A DNA stretch of 64,000 bases from Eukaryota sp. GEM-RC1. Lineage: Eukaryota. Shown piece by piece: positions 11,650 to 24,495 of this stretch. Location: positions 186,001-250,000 of the forward strand of contig JAUFOQ010000018.1 in assembly GCA_040285855.1 (NCBI GenBank), written 5' to 3'. Position 1 is the stretch's first letter; every line of letters begins with the position of its first letter. The position numbers and the translations under genes were made by a program. The notes beneath the pieces are model-generated. The model saw only the letters and a list, made by a program, of their open reading frames with translations, searched no databases and was not told the DNA's origin.

Positions 11650-12670
11650 CTAATTATCTATACTAAACAAATGAATTCCATTGAAACCTTGTTCAAGATT
11701 AGCGACTTTCCACCTACCACTTCTATGCTCTCTGCCAACTAAGCAAATCACGTCATTACCTTCAATCAAAATTTGATTGACACAACCTCGGACAGTTTCC
11801 TCTTGAATCTCAATCAATTTAAATGGATTCTGATTCAGCTCCATCACAACAACTTTGTTCCACCCACCAGCTACAACAATGTTCTTATGGACAGCAATAG
11901 ATATCACCCAATCATCGAGGACATTGATTGAAAAGATTGGTCGTTTACGTTGATCAGACCATAAAGTGACGTCACCATTTTGAGAGCCAGTCACCCACAG
12001 TCTGGCTTTACCTACCTTCCCAAAACAAGCAAGACAATCGAGTGAAATCACTGGTGTTGATGTCTTAAAACATAAATGATTTTCCAGTGATAGATTCCAT
12101 AAACGGCAGGTCCGATCAATGCCAGTCGAAACAGGAGCAATCGACTCCACCATTTGATTAGTGTCAGGGTCAAATGACAATATCTTTAAGTCAGTCACGG
12201 TTCCTTGATGTCCAAAGTGAGTATCCATGTGAGCACCAGTCTGAGGGTCCCAGAGTTTAAGGGATTGGTCTACACCAGTGGAGAGGAGGCGATCAGCAAC
12301 GTCCCAGTGGATGGAAGTGACTTGACCTTTGTGGCAGAAGGAGTCTGTGGTAGGAGATATGAAAACAACTTCATTAAAGGAGGGGGGAAGTAAGGGAGAT
12401 TGAGTAGACACGGATGGAACCATCTTCACAGCCCACAGCTACAAGAGTACCGAAGGAACGTAGATTGGCAGGGGGAGAACATATGCAGGTTATGGAAGGG
12501 GGATATGTACCAGAGAGAGGAGGTATTGTCAATGTGAGGAGGATTTCATGTGAAGTCAGGGAAATAAGTGTGAGAACACCAGCTTTGTTACCAATAACTA
12601 AATGAGACTCTCCACAGAAAGAGGTACATGTGGGAACCTTTGCAGTCCCTGATGGGAGGTTGATTTGCAT
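11650..12670 (-). CDS. RRP9: WD40 protein, U3 snoRNP-associated RRP9/U3-55K homolog; frameshift in the homopolymer-rich stretch near 12385
   Basis: WD repeats (DQSLKLWD, DRTCRLWN), DTHFGHQ, and the C-terminal GREHRSGRW matching the RRP9 G(Q/R)EHRxGRW signature. Two overlapping ORFs. Confidence 0.7.
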
Positions 12671-12751
12671 GAGTACGGTAAAGTTTTCAATGAAAATTTT
12701 TTGGTTTGAGTAGGTCAACTTTTGTGTTGTTTCGTTCAAAGCACAGATGTT

Positions 12752-13150
12752 TTAATTCAATTTTATGTAAGTTGTTCGATGATGGACAGAAGGATCATAG
12801 TTTAGATACTTTGAAAAGAAGCTTAAGTTTAGAATGGCTGAATGGAAAAACCGTATAGTGTTTTCCATATATCGGAATATGCTTTTCTATTTCTCTCGAT
12901 TAATTGAGAAATTGTACAAGTTTGGTGTGAAGGTTAATGTTGAAAAATGTAACCTTTTACCGGGTGGTGATGAAGTCGTTTGGATTTAATCTTAGTATTA
13001 TTTGTTTGTTTTTACAATTTCATAGTTTTGTAGGAAAGTTACCTTATTGGGTGCCGAATAAAGTCATTAAATTGTTATTGTTTTGATACTTTAGTTAGTG
13101 TATGTTAGTTTTTTCTGCAAATGCATTTACTTCACTGATTGATCTTAAAC
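12752..13150 (+). mobile_element. RLE non-LTR 3' end interrupted by a second, 5'-truncated RLE copy (12813-13084) with an 8-bp duplication
   Basis: The flanks match 25422-25547 contiguously. The insert encodes MAEWKNRIVFSIYR. GATACTTT is present at 12805-12812 and 13085-13092. Confidence 0.75.
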
Positions 13151-13309
13151 TAGAGGTGGGAAAACAATAATGCAGTAAATATAAACATATTTTAGCCACA
13201 AAATAAATATTGCAATTCTGAAAAGTGCCAATAAATATTGCAATGTTTCAATATTGCAACAATATGAATCATATTATGTATTTATCACAAAAAACCCGCA
13301 TATTCTATT

Positions 13310-13620
13310 GCTCATCGTCATTAGAAGTATCCGATATTATCTCAATACCATTATCTACATCTTCGAATTTTTTACAGTAATCCTTGAAAAATTGATCACC
13401 AGCAGGACTAATCGATCCAAAATGAGAAACAGCAAAAGGTTGAAATACAAATAAAGGTTTCGATTTAATTCTTCTACTTGAGAGTCATAATTTGAGTGTT
13501 TGATCTTTTCAGCAGAAAAATTTCTCAGTAATGTTTGAAGTTGAAAGTATTGGTTTGAATTGCGCTCCCTTTTATGTGTTACAGTTGAAATATAGGAGAA
13601 AATTTCAGAATGTCATCAAA
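13310..13620 (-). mobile_element. Degenerate 3' remnant of an RLE-type non-LTR retrotransposon
   Basis: The minus strand reads AEKIKHSNYDSQVEELN and, after a frameshift, FQPFAVSHFGSISPAGDQFFKD. Confidence 0.65.
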
Positions 13621-13844
13621 GATTGTTCAATTACTGAAGCTCTGAGCCAACGAATGACTATTTCGTAATATGCATTTACGAAATAGTCAAACAATAGTTA
13701 AATTATTGACCAGAATGGACTCTGAAATCGATACAATTAACAGCTTTGTAGAAAACATCTCTAATTTACTCATACAAAATATTCAAAAATATAACATTTA
13801 TCTAAAAAGAGAAATCTACCAAAAGAACACACACATTAACAACA

Positions 13845-14666
13845 CTAATTAAAGGTGACTTTGGGTGGAGTCTCCCTAAAATGCAAAAACAATACCACAG
13901 CAACCATTGCCAACACCAAAAGTAACAAACAACAGATCTTCCCCCTTGATCTCCGTTGACGACCAGACGCCCTTTCCAAATGATTAGCTGCTGATTGAGT
14001 TTGTTGTTCTGTGATTTCTATATGAGAGTCAAGAGAATCTACATAACCTTCCTGATCCTTAACTAAGGTGACGATATCTCTGTACATGTGATTGATCTTA
14101 TGAAGGTCACGGGTGATCCCTTCTACGTCTTGTTCTGTTTCTTCTATAAGGGATTTGTTGTGTAGGATTTGACTTTGCATCTGTTCTTGCTCCGCCCTTT
14201 GAGCTTCTAGTAGGGCTTGTCTTTCATCAGTGGCTTTAGTTCCTTGGGTAGCGATGGGATTAAGAACGTGCTTGGCGGTTTCCCTGCACCAGTCTTGATG
14301 AACTGTGTTAAAGCGCTGTTGGGCTTGTTGTAGAGAGCTCATGAGACGTTTCTTTTCCACGCTACGTTTGGAGGCTTGATGGGAATCAGTGATTTGCTTG
14401 CGAGATAGTTTAGTAATGAGTTGAGCAAGAGAATTGAGGTCATTAGTTGTAGATCGAGCAAGAGCAGCAGCGCGCTGACGAAGGTCAATTGAATCCTTAG
14501 GAGTACCAACTTGTTGTAAGAACTGCTGGTATCTGTTGGTAGAAGACGTAACATGTTGAAGCTTCTGTGAAATATCAGAGTACAGAGTGTTATACTCCGA
14601 ATCTACATCAGGAGTGGGTTGTAAGGATCGCCGAGGTTGGTCTCCGTCTTCATCTGCAAAAGACAT
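13845..14666 (-). CDS. Endosomal/vacuolar Qa-SNARE, syntaxin 7/12/Pep12-like
   Basis: Habc region with VGTPKDSIDLR, SNARE motif INHMYRDIVTLVKDQEGYVDSLDSHIE, and a C-terminal TM helix after RGKICC. Likely ATG at 14666. Confidence 0.9.
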   Translation of the reverse strand: MSFADEDGDQPRRSLQPTPDVDSEYNTLYSDISQKLQHVTSSTNRYQQFLQQVGTPKDSIDLRQRAAALARSTTNDLNSLAQLITKLSRKQITDSHQASKRSVEKKRLMSSLQQAQQRFNTVHQDWCRETAKHVLNPIATQGTKATDERQALLEAQRAEQEQMQSQILHNKSLIEETEQDVEGITRDLHKINHMYRDIVTLVKDQEGYVDSLDSHIEITEQQTQSAANHLERASGRQRRSRGKICCLLLLVLAMVAVVLFLHFRETPPKVTFN

Positions 14667-15248
14667 TGCAAGATTGATTTTATTTCTTTCAAAATCATTT
14701 TTACATGTCTGATAATTATTCAGACCATAAACTGAAACAAACTGAAACGAAAAACAGGGAAGAAGTGGTTCATGCCGATGTTTTGCTAACACTAAAACTG
14801 TACTTTTGATTCCACCGATATATGTCATTTACCAGAATTACTTGAAAATCAAAGACAACAAATTTACCTTTTCTCCTGGACTTTATTCAAGAAAGAATTT
14901 TGGACTTGATTAAACTAAATTGTTTCGTTCACTCTTTAGTATATTGGGAGGTGGCACAGTGAAACACAGTTGGAGCAGACTACTTTAAATGATCTTTTAT
15001 TGTTTTCGAACACCACAAGTAAAAACAAAACTTCTCACAACGTTACTTCAGTAATGAGGTGGCTGATTAACCTAAAGAACCATACAACGAAACCGAAAGA
15101 GTTGACTCTTGAGAAATTATGTTGAATCGTTTCCAAGTGTCCACCGACCAGTAGCTAGATACATATGTACAATGTACTGAATACTATAAGATCTGTGTTG
15201 GCATGAAATAAACACGTGTTAAGGATTATTTTGGTCTCCCACAACTAC

Positions 15249-15959
15249 ATGTTCTATCTATCGATCGGTATACTGGTACTACATCTCTCACTGGCATTTG
15301 CATTCGACTCATCATGTTTCTTCGGCTCCTATGACCTTTCTGCTCTTTCAAAACCCAATGGAACTGCTTTCCATACTCACGCTGGCTCAGTCTTCATCAA
15401 CCCATGCACTGAAATCGAGATTCACTCAGAAACTCCCTATGTTCAACACATCAAATCCTTTTGTGTCTTCCAAGATCGCCACGGCCTCCTCTCATCATGT
15501 GGGTCTTCCGTAAGCTTCGGAGAACTGTCTAAGAGACAACACGGTGTCCGCGCCATCTTTTCTGATGGCCTTGAGTGCCCCACCTCTAAACAAATTCTAG
15601 ATCTCTCAATCATTTGTTACGGGGGTTCCTCTTCCATCGCTCCTGAAGAGGAAACCTTCTTCTTAGATGGATGTAACCCTGAAGGTGACACTGTCTGGGT
15701 AGTTGAATGGTTAACTGGAAGTGGTTGTCCAAGAGGGAAAGATAGACATTGGTTTGTCATTGGTTTACTAGCAGTTGTATTCTCTTTTGCCGCGTATTTA
15801 GGTATCGGTGTTGCTTTTAATTCATCTTTTTCTAGTAAGACTGGTCTTGAACTTATCCCTCATTTTGATTTTTGGGTTGGCTTAAAGAACAAAATAGCAT
15901 TGTTTTTTACTAAGTGTATTGGGAAAGTTAGTGGTAGAAGTAGTTATGAAAGTGTTTAG
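15249..15959 (+). CDS. ATG27 / cation-dependent mannose-6-phosphate-receptor-like type I membrane protein (MRH domain)
   Basis: Signal peptide, YDLSAL...FINPC MRH start, conserved Cys spacing, TM helix, GLELIPHFDFW motif and C-terminal YESV (YxxPhi) sorting signal. Confidence 0.85.
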   Translation: MFYLSIGILVLHLSLAFAFDSSCFFGSYDLSALSKPNGTAFHTHAGSVFINPCTEIEIHSETPYVQHIKSFCVFQDRHGLLSSCGSSVSFGELSKRQHGVRAIFSDGLECPTSKQILDLSIICYGGSSSIAPEEETFFLDGCNPEGDTVWVVEWLTGSGCPRGKDRHWFVIGLLAVVFSFAAYLGIGVAFNSSFSSKTGLELIPHFDFWVGLKNKIALFFTKCIGKVSGRSSYESV

Positions 15960-16204
15960 GTTTTTGATGTACATGTATTATTAGTTTTTAAAATTGTTTC
16001 AAATGTTTGAATTTTAGAAAATGTGTCTTGAATATCTGATCTGTAGTAAAAGTCAAATATAATTCTCAAGTTCATATCGAATATATAACTGAAACAAAAC
16101 AAAACAAGGGTTGGTAAAAATCGAAACCAGGCAAAAAGTAAAATACACAATGGAATGGGTGAAAATAAATTAAATATGTTACATAATAATTCAAATATTT
16201 GCTC

Positions 16205-17236
16205 CTACTTCCACGGCTTTTTGGACTTTTTACTTCGTTTTTTGACACTTTTCCTGGAAGGTGAAGAGAAATACTTTGGTGATTCTAAATCAGACAGAAA
16301 ATCATCGAAATCAAGATCAACATACGGCTGAACAGAAGATTCGAAATTATTTAAATTTTGAACAGAACGTCGAGAATTCAACACTGAACTTTGAATACTT
16401 CGTAATTTTTCATCAAAAGCATCTAAAACCGAAGAACTTTTCTTACTTTTTGAAACTTTCGGAACTCGTGCACCTTTTGAAAATTTAGCAGAATTTTTAA
16501 TTGGAGAATGTGTCACAGTACTTCTCTGCAACGAATCAATTTTTTCTTTCAAATTTAAAATTTCACTTTCCAAATCAATTGGTTCATACTTTGGTGATAG
16601 CGACCGTTCAACCTCCCTCAAATCATGTTTATATTTAGAAACCAACTCTCTAGACTTCACATGTTGATCTTGAACAAGATCCATCTCAGTGGACAAGTAC
16701 TTAACGTCAGCATTATACTTGCTCTGAAGTCGTGCGACTTCTTCTTGTAGACTAAGATTATATGAGGTCAACTCTAGTTTGGTTTTAGACAGCTGATGGA
16801 CAGAATCTTCTAGCTTTTGAATAGTTTTTGTCTGTTCATTAACTGTTTGACGGAGCTCTGTGTTTTCAGAGAGAATTTGAGATAGTTTCTGAGCTAATGG
16901 AGCGTCCCTTTTAGAGGATCGCTCTTGTTGAAGAACTTTGAGATTCATGTTTTCTAGTTCTAACTTTAATGTGTTTGTTTTGGAGATTTCGTTTCTTAGC
17001 GTGGTGATCTCCTTTTGGAGAGATTCAGTGTTGACAAGGTGGTCTTTAAGAGAAGATATTTCCTGTTGATGTCTCATAATGGATCGTTGGAGTTCAATGT
17101 TTTCATTACGAAGTTGGAGAAGTTCTGAATCCTTCTTTTGGATAGTTGAATCGAAAGTTTCAGCTTTGGCTTTTAGATTTGTATATGTTTGGTGAAGAGC
17201 AGCAAATTTTGAATGACAAAGACATGAACATGGCAT
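16205..17236 (-). CDS. Coiled-coil protein of unknown function
   Basis: 343-aa ATG-initiated ORF with long heptad repeats and a basic/Ser-rich tail. Confidence 0.75.
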   Translation of the reverse strand: MPCSCLCHSKFAALHQTYTNLKAKAETFDSTIQKKDSELLQLRNENIELQRSIMRHQQEISSLKDHLVNTESLQKEITTLRNEISKTNTLKLELENMNLKVLQQERSSKRDAPLAQKLSQILSENTELRQTVNEQTKTIQKLEDSVHQLSKTKLELTSYNLSLQEEVARLQSKYNADVKYLSTEMDLVQDQHVKSRELVSKYKHDLREVERSLSPKYEPIDLESEILNLKEKIDSLQRSTVTHSPIKNSAKFSKGARVPKVSKSKKSSSVLDAFDEKLRSIQSSVLNSRRSVQNLNNFESSVQPYVDLDFDDFLSDLESPKYFSSPSRKSVKKRSKKSKKPWK

Positions 17237-17360
17237 TTTGGGAATAAGTTTTGAAGTTCTGGTTGAAGTTCAAAGCTGAAGCAGAATTAAGTCAATTGTT
17301 GACTCATGGCCACTACTCTATAAAATTTGATCCTAGATTAGCTGAACCATTGTTTAAGCT

Positions 17361-17428
17361 AGATAGTGTCTGTTTGCTGTTATTGTTGTCAACAGCAATT
17401 ACTTCACTGAATGATCATAAACCCCGTG
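17361..17428 (+). repeat. Dispersed repeat matching the 3' tail of the RLE element
   Basis: TAGTGTCTGTTTG...TTCACTGAATGATCATAAACCCCG resembles 25488-25550 and 13095-13150. Confidence 0.6.
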
Positions 17429-17845
17429 TTGTGGCCTAAGCAAAACTACGCTAAATTAGTGACAAAAGACAAGCTTTTTAGAACACACACCGGCTGGCCT
17501 TCAATCAAACTTTGTGTTCAACACAGCTTTTGAATCAGTTTGTTGAGATTGAATTAGATTAAAGCATTTTAACATTAATATCAAATTCGAATCTTTAATT
17601 GAAACACGTACCTAGACAGTCTAGGCAGTATTCTTGTATTTGATTGTTGTTGATGTTTGTATTCTCTAAAAGATTTCGAAACAAGTGGATCTAAGGAACT
17701 TAAAGTGTCGTTAGACATCTATAAGCCAATCCAATGGTTCTGTAAATTGAAATGCACAGTACATGTTATTAAGTATACCAGAGTAGGAGAACAGCACAAA
17801 TATCAGACAAACACATTCATCGACTCTCAGCAAACTTTTCTCATC

Positions 17846-20800
17846 ATGCCAATGGATCCACTGTTGGACTTTATCAACAGATTCACAGATCCTGACCACT
17901 GTTTTCCACCTCTTACTTCTTTTGCCCAACTTTCTGATGGGGTTCTTCTTCTGTCAGCTCTACGAAACTTCATCCCACCAGTTCTTCTTCAGTCCTTTAG
18001 TATTCCTTTCCCAACACCAGTAAATGCGTTTGAACGGTTCCGCAACCTTTTCTACTTCGTTATCTCTGCCCGAGACTCCCTCTTCTCCACTGTCAATGAG
18101 TCCCCTTCTTTCATATCTCTCCCTCTCAAACTTCTTGCTCTCGGTCACCCTCTAGCAGAAGCCAATTCAGCAGGGAAACAGCTCATTTACCTTCTCATTC
18201 GTGTTGCTGCCCACTCTAACCACAACTCCCGTCTATTCGACCTTATCTCTCTACTTCCAGCTGAGTCTGGTAAAACTATCATGGACGAAGTTCAAAAAGC
18301 CTTTCAACCGATCAAAAATCCAGTGAAACCTGGAGAAGATTCTGGTCTAAGTGACTGGAATGACGACAAGAAATCTAAACTCTTTAAAAGTAAGGATTGG
18401 CGAAGTTATTGTTCAGAATTGGAATCTGAGATTAAGAAAATGGCGGGAAATAGAAGTAATTCATCAGATGTTCGTTTCTATGAAGAAGAAATTTTAAAAT
18501 ATAAGGAATTACTTGAAGAGAAAGATACCGACCTTCAATCAAAACAGAGTGAATCGTTGAAGGAAAGTCAACGTTTAACTGCCGAATTATCTGAAACAAA
18601 GTCGTTGTTGGGTCAAAAATCGGAAGAAATTTCAAAACTTTCATCAGATTTTGACAATGTGAATGGACAACTTGCAGAGAAATCAAATTTGATTAGCAAA
18701 ATCACAACTGACTTCAAGAAGCAGTTCTCTGATCTAGAATCACGTCATGAGCAATCAATTTCCGACCTCAATCAAAAGATTGCCACTCTCGAAGAGGAAA
18801 GAGTCGACCTTGATGACGTTAATAAGAGACTTCAATCAGAATTAGACGATCAACGATCCAAAACTCAAGCTAATACGGTTAAAAACAAAGATCTTGTTTC
18901 GGAAGTTTCCAGTTTAAAGACCAGTTTAAAATCTGAGGGTCAGAGACGTGATGAGTTAACCAATCAGAATTCTCAGCTTATGGTCAAAATTCAAAATTTG
19001 GAACGTGATTTGACATCTGCTCATAAATCAGTTGATGATAAGTTGTCTGAAATTTCTAAACTTTCTTCTGAATTGAAATCTGTTCGTGATGACCTCCATA
19101 ATCAAAGATCACGTCATTCTGAAGATCTTTCAAAGTCAACCAAGGATTTAGAACAAGCTCAAAATGAAATTGACCGTCTGCAATCGTTGATCTCTTCTAT
19201 TCAATCAGAGAAGCTTCAATTGGACTCTACTATTTCTGATAACTACTTAATTTCAAAATCAAAAACTACTAGTATTGAGTCCTTCACTCAAGCAATTAAG
19301 GTTCTTTGCTCAGTTTTGGAGAGAAATTCTAAATTTGTCAGGAAGAATTTTTCAAATATTTCAGAAAGTCTATCAGCTGATTTAATGAATTTAAAAAATT
19401 CCTTGATGGAGTTATCTTCTAACATTTTTGAGGATGATTCTCTTAATAATAGATTGTCTGCGATGGAAACACGTATTTCTGAGCTATTAGATCAAAATGA
19501 CGATCTTTCTGGTAAGTTGTCTGTAAAAGAACAAGAAAATGTCTCATTGTCAAGTCAACTTCAGGATTTACAATCATCTGACAGTCAAAATCAAACTCAA
19601 ATAGGAAAGTTATCATCATCAATCTCTGAGTTAGAACGTCAATTACAATCAATCAAATCTGATTATGGTGAAGAAGTGTCCAAAACGAAATCTTTAATGA
19701 CTGAAATTGATTCTCTCAAAGAGGAAATTGCTTCTTTGAGCTCAATCATTGAAGAAAACAAATCAAAACACACTGAACTTCAGTCTGCAAATGATGGCCT
19801 TAAGTCTAAAACCCAACTTCTTTTGAACCAAATTGATGAGCAAAAACTGAATGCAGAAGCTCAATTGGTCGAACAACAATCAAACTTTGATGAGAAGATT
19901 CAAATTTTAGAAAAAGATTTCACTGTTGAACGGGAAAAACTACAGAAATCTGCGTCAAAATTGAAAAATTTAAATTTGAAATTATTAGAGCAGGTTAAGA
20001 AAATGGAATCAGACAAAACTTCTCTTCTAGAATCAATGTCTTCCAAAGACGAGTCAATTGCCAACTTGGAACAAAATATTCAAAATCTGAACAAAATGAT
20101 TGATTCTCTCACGTCAACGAACAAGACTTCTTCTGAAGCAGCTGCTGCTTTGGAAAAAGAAATTGGTATTCTTAAAAATGAAATCAAATCCAAAACCGAG
20201 ACAATCATTCAATTAGAAACAACCATCAATTTGTCAAAAATTGAAAATCAAAAGTTGATTGATGCGCAAAAGAATTCTTCAGAAGTCAAATCACAATCAG
20301 AAAAACTTCAACACGATCTTGAAGAAGCTCTTTCCAACTGTAAACGTTTAACAGATCAAAATTCTGAATTGGAAGGTCAAAACTCTAAACTGAAATCTTC
20401 TGTAATTACTCTACAATCAGAAATAGAAGGGCTCACTCAGAAAGTAGAAGAGTTGAAAACGACTTTTTCAGACTTGCAATCAGTTGTCGATGAAAAGGAA
20501 GTTTCAAATCAGAAGTTAATTGCTTCGATATCTGATTTAGAACAAGATTCTCTCAATCAAAAATCTGAAATTGAAAAATTAAACTCTGAAAATCAATCAA
20601 TTTCTCAAAATTATTCAAAAATTTGCAATGATTTAGATATTATGGCGAAGAACTTGGACAAATCTGCCTTGAAATGTTTTGAACTTCAGAAGGTTATCGA
20701 AGAAGGGAATTCCAAGATTTCAAACTTTGAGAAGTCAACTGTAACTCTAAATTCTACTATTTTGAAATTAGAGAACACTATTCAGGAAAAAGATTCCAAA

Positions 20801-23582
20801 ATTTCAGAACTTCAATTTGTAGTTGATCAAAAGGGGACAGATATTCAAGAGTTTGCCAGTCTCATGAACGAAAAATCTACCACTATTTCAGAACTAAATT
20901 CTAAAATTCAAACTCAAGGTGAAGTTATTAAAAATTTGGAAAACCAAGTTGATGAACAAAAGACCTCCATTTCTGCGCTAGAAGAAAAATTGAAAACCAA
21001 TTTGGAAGAAATTTCAATTTTACAACAGAATTTGACGGACCAAAATTCAAAATTCGCTGACCTTGAAGCCGTAACTCTCAATCAAAAATCAGAAACAGAG
21101 GAATTACAAACTTTACTTGATAAAAGAGATCATTCGATTTCCATTTTAAATCAAACTCTGGAGGACAAAAATTCAAATATTGAAGAATTTCATAAATTAA
21201 TGTCTGAATTGGATGCTACGATTACTCAACTCCAAAATGAAGTTACAGAGAAATCAAAACTGATTACTCAACTTGAAGCTGAAGCTGGTAACAAATCATC
21301 AACAATCTCCAAAAATGTTCTGCTATTTCAAAATTTGGAAAAGATTTCCAATCATTTGTTTCCACCCAGCAGAGTCTTTTGATGAACTCTCAACTCAGAT
21401 TTCCGAGCTTATTTCTCAATCAAAAGTCGATCACGACATGATCAATCAATTTAAGGATCAATTATCTCAACAAACTGTTGACTTTTCAAGACTTGATACT
21501 GATCATAATGACCTTTTGGACAGATTTGAAGCTGTTGCTGAACAGAAATCTCGCTTAGAAGACCAACTTAACAGTCTGAAAGAACTTTTGAATGAACAAT
21601 CAGTGGTGATGGAAAAACAACTTTCAACCATTGAGGTGCTTGAAAGTAAAAATTTAAATTTGGAAGAGAAATTCAATCAGGTTGCTGCTGATCTACCGGT
21701 ACTTCAAAAGAATTGGACTTAGAGAACAAAGTTTTAGATTTAAATAGTCAAAATTCTCAATTAATATCTGAAAATTCGAGGTTATATTCAGAAAATCAAC
21801 AAGTTTTGGGGGAGTTTAAAAAGCTATTAGAACAAGAACATGCTGATGTCCACAAAATTAAACAAAAGTTGACTGACAAAACAAAAGAAATTCTTGAACT
21901 GAAGAAAATTTTAAAAAGAACGAAGTCTTGTTCAATTGAAAAGGATATGATTATTGAACATTTGAAACTTCGAAATTCTACGCTATTTTCGAAATTTTCT
22001 TCTCTTCAACACCGAATCTTGTTTTTAGAAGGACAAAAGCTTAATTTCAATGAAATTTTAAATAATCAATGTCAAATATCTGCCAGTCAATCTTTGAAGC
22101 AACTTTCTGAGAAGAATTCGAATTCAGACGAAATTGTTAAAATTTCTCAACATCCATTATTTTTAGAAGGTCAAAAGATGAATTTCAATGAAAATTTAAA
22201 AATGCAGTGTAAACTGTTTGCCAGTCAAGCATTGAAGCAACGTTCTGAGAAGAATTCGAATTCAGACGAAATTGTTAAAATTTCTCAACATCCATTGTTT
22301 TTCGAAGGACTTTCTGTTGCACGTAATTCGATCAATGTGGATTCATGTTTAGAATTTGGAAACAAAAGTTTAAGAAACTATACTTTGGGAAAAACAAGGT
22401 GTAATCAAACTGATGATCGACAGTCACTCAATCAAAATCATTTGTTCAATGAAGGTCAGCGGTTATCTTATTCGTCTGTTTTCAATGAATTTTCCATCAA
22501 ACTAGCAAATTCTAAAATCTCCAAAAATTTCAAAATTGATACTGCTACTTCCACTTCTATGTCTTCTCCAGCTGAAGTAATAAGAAAGGTTGGACTTGAA
22601 AGTTCTTCGCTATTAATGGCGAATATGAGTCTTGATATTTTCAAACTTTCAAAGCAATTAAATTCTAATATTCAACAAAATTCAAATTTGTCTTATATGA
22701 GTCAAAGTGGACAAGAAGTTTCGTCTGAAAAGTCTCTAGAAGTCAATGCTGTTCGAATTGGTGACGTGGCACTTAGTAGGTACGTTCCCAGCAACGTCAA
22801 GAAGGAAAACAGTTCCACTAATATTTTAAATATTTTAAAATTGAGAAACGAAGGTTCCGTTTATTGTCAAAATCTTCTTCAACAGCGTTTAATGACAGTT
22901 AATGCAACCAATGGTTATTTAGATTTTAAAAATTTAAATATGGATTGTATCAAACCATCTCTTTCTGTTTCTTCACTGGAACACGCAGGACTTTCTTGTT
23001 TGCTGAGAACTAGTGTTCAGCGTCTTGCTGTTAAAAATGGAGAGAATCAATTGTTAAAATTTCAACTTTCTCAAACTCAATCGTTACAAGAAGATTCTTT
23101 TGATGACGTATTCTCACCAAATATTGCGCTTCAAAACTCTGTTGATGAACCTAAAATTACTCAAGTTGAGTTAGATCAAGCTGAAAACGTTCCCACCATT
23201 GATGTATCGCGTATTGAAGAAGAACTTCAACAAGAACGTAATCTCCGCCAAAAGTTACTTCAACAATACCAAGAAAAGTGTAGTCTGTTGGAACAGAATT
23301 CTAATCAAATTTCAAAATTGTCTACAAAAGTCAAGTTACTTCAAAATGAAAAGAGTGGCCAACGTTTTGTGTTTGACGAAGTGTCTAAATCTGTTAATGA
23401 AAAGATGAACGAATTAAAATTCTTGAGACTGAACAAAATTCTTTACTTTTAAAAATTAATGAGCAGACGTCAAAAGTATCTAAATTACAAAAGTCAAATT
23501 AAAGTTTTACAGGAAGAGTTGGATTCAAGTCAAGCTGAAATTGAACGATTGTCTCACAGAAAAAGATTTATCTGTATTTGAT
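17846..23582 (+). CDS. Very long coiled-coil protein (~1,900 aa reconstructed) with an N-terminal Hook/CH-like domain; broken by several homopolymer frameshifts; 3' end approximate
   Basis: The N-terminal LLDFINRF...FAQLSDGVLLLSAL resembles the Hook/Girdin/NuMA CH-like domain. ORFs 17657, 21273 and 21713 are joined by single-base A/T-run indels whose intact state is shown by the duplicate at 29-31.5 kb. Confidence 0.7.
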
Positions 23583-24282
23583 TTTAACCGTATTTTTCTT
23601 ATTTTATTTTTTGTTTTTGACTTCAATTTAATACAATTGTTCATGTGTTTATGGTATTTTTTTCAATCAATAGAAGTATAATCTTGAAGTATGAAGCTGT
23701 GATGAAGAACTTGAAAAACAAGCACATTTCCTACATTTTTGTACCTTTACATTTTCTCTTTTTGACTCGGTTTGCTACCAAAGCAATGAAATTGTTACAA
23801 AAATTTGACTTGTAACAAGCCTTTCAACCAACATTATTGGACTTACAGATTGGTATTTTCTGTGTTCAAGACTATTCCTTAGATGCTGAAAAGAAGTCTG
23901 ATTTCTTTAAACGATTTTTACAGAGAGAAGATTTCAGGCTTCCTGTTTGTTGGCAAAAGAGATTTTGAGCAGTTCCTATTGTACAGACACGTGTTCAGTA
24001 TGAATGTAACAGAAAAGTGGTGAATTTTGCAATACTGGTGCAAACCACGGAATAAGCAAAGATCAGAAACTTGAACTCAATATCATTAAAACAACAGTCA
24101 TTACAGATGCTTTTTCTGTATAAAAAAACTTAAAGCTAAAGGGCATTTGAATTCATAGAATGAATTGTAAGACAAGACTTTCAACCAAAACTTTTGATCA
24201 AACTTTTTGTTCATTGGTTGTTAAACAACTTTGCCAAAATCAGAGAGAAAACAACGAACATCCGTACCGAGTCGACCATAAA
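21040..24282 (+). repeat. Segmental duplication, copy 1
   Basis: Colinear with 29002-32431. Nearly identical over the coding part and more diverged over the downstream RLE remnants. Confidence 0.9.
22022..22310 (+). repeat. 138-bp (46-aa) internal tandem repeat, ~2 copies; also present at ~29985-30270
   Basis: LFLEGQK(L/M)NFNE...SEKNSNSDEIVKISQHP is repeated, with unit starts near 22022, 22160 and 22298. Confidence 0.85.
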
Positions 24283-24285
24283 CAA
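23600..24285. mobile_element. Two convergent degenerate RLE 3' remnants (about 23600-23900 plus, 24070-24285 minus)
   Basis: The plus part resembles 340-530 and 31600-31880 (NRLAFSVFKA). The minus part has TATGGTCGACTC (YGRL), as at 32420. Confidence 0.5.
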
Positions 24286-24495
24286 AAACAGTATGATACA
24301 AAGTAAGACACAGAAGAGCGTATTTGTCAACTACTTGTGCTGTTCTTAACAACTTTGCCAAAATCAGAGAATTCGTTATTTTGACTCATGTAATCTGGAA
24401 AATATCCCAAAAAGACATAAGATTGTGCAAGGTGTACCATCTCTGTGCTATAGCGATATGATTGAATCCTGGCGGAACTGAGTTGATTTAGGATT

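Noticed and set aside
13151..13270. Possible hAT terminus TAGAGGTGGGAAA followed by CAATATTGCAA motifs
   Set aside because: No matching opposite TIR or TSD was found nearby. At most this is a one-ended remnant.
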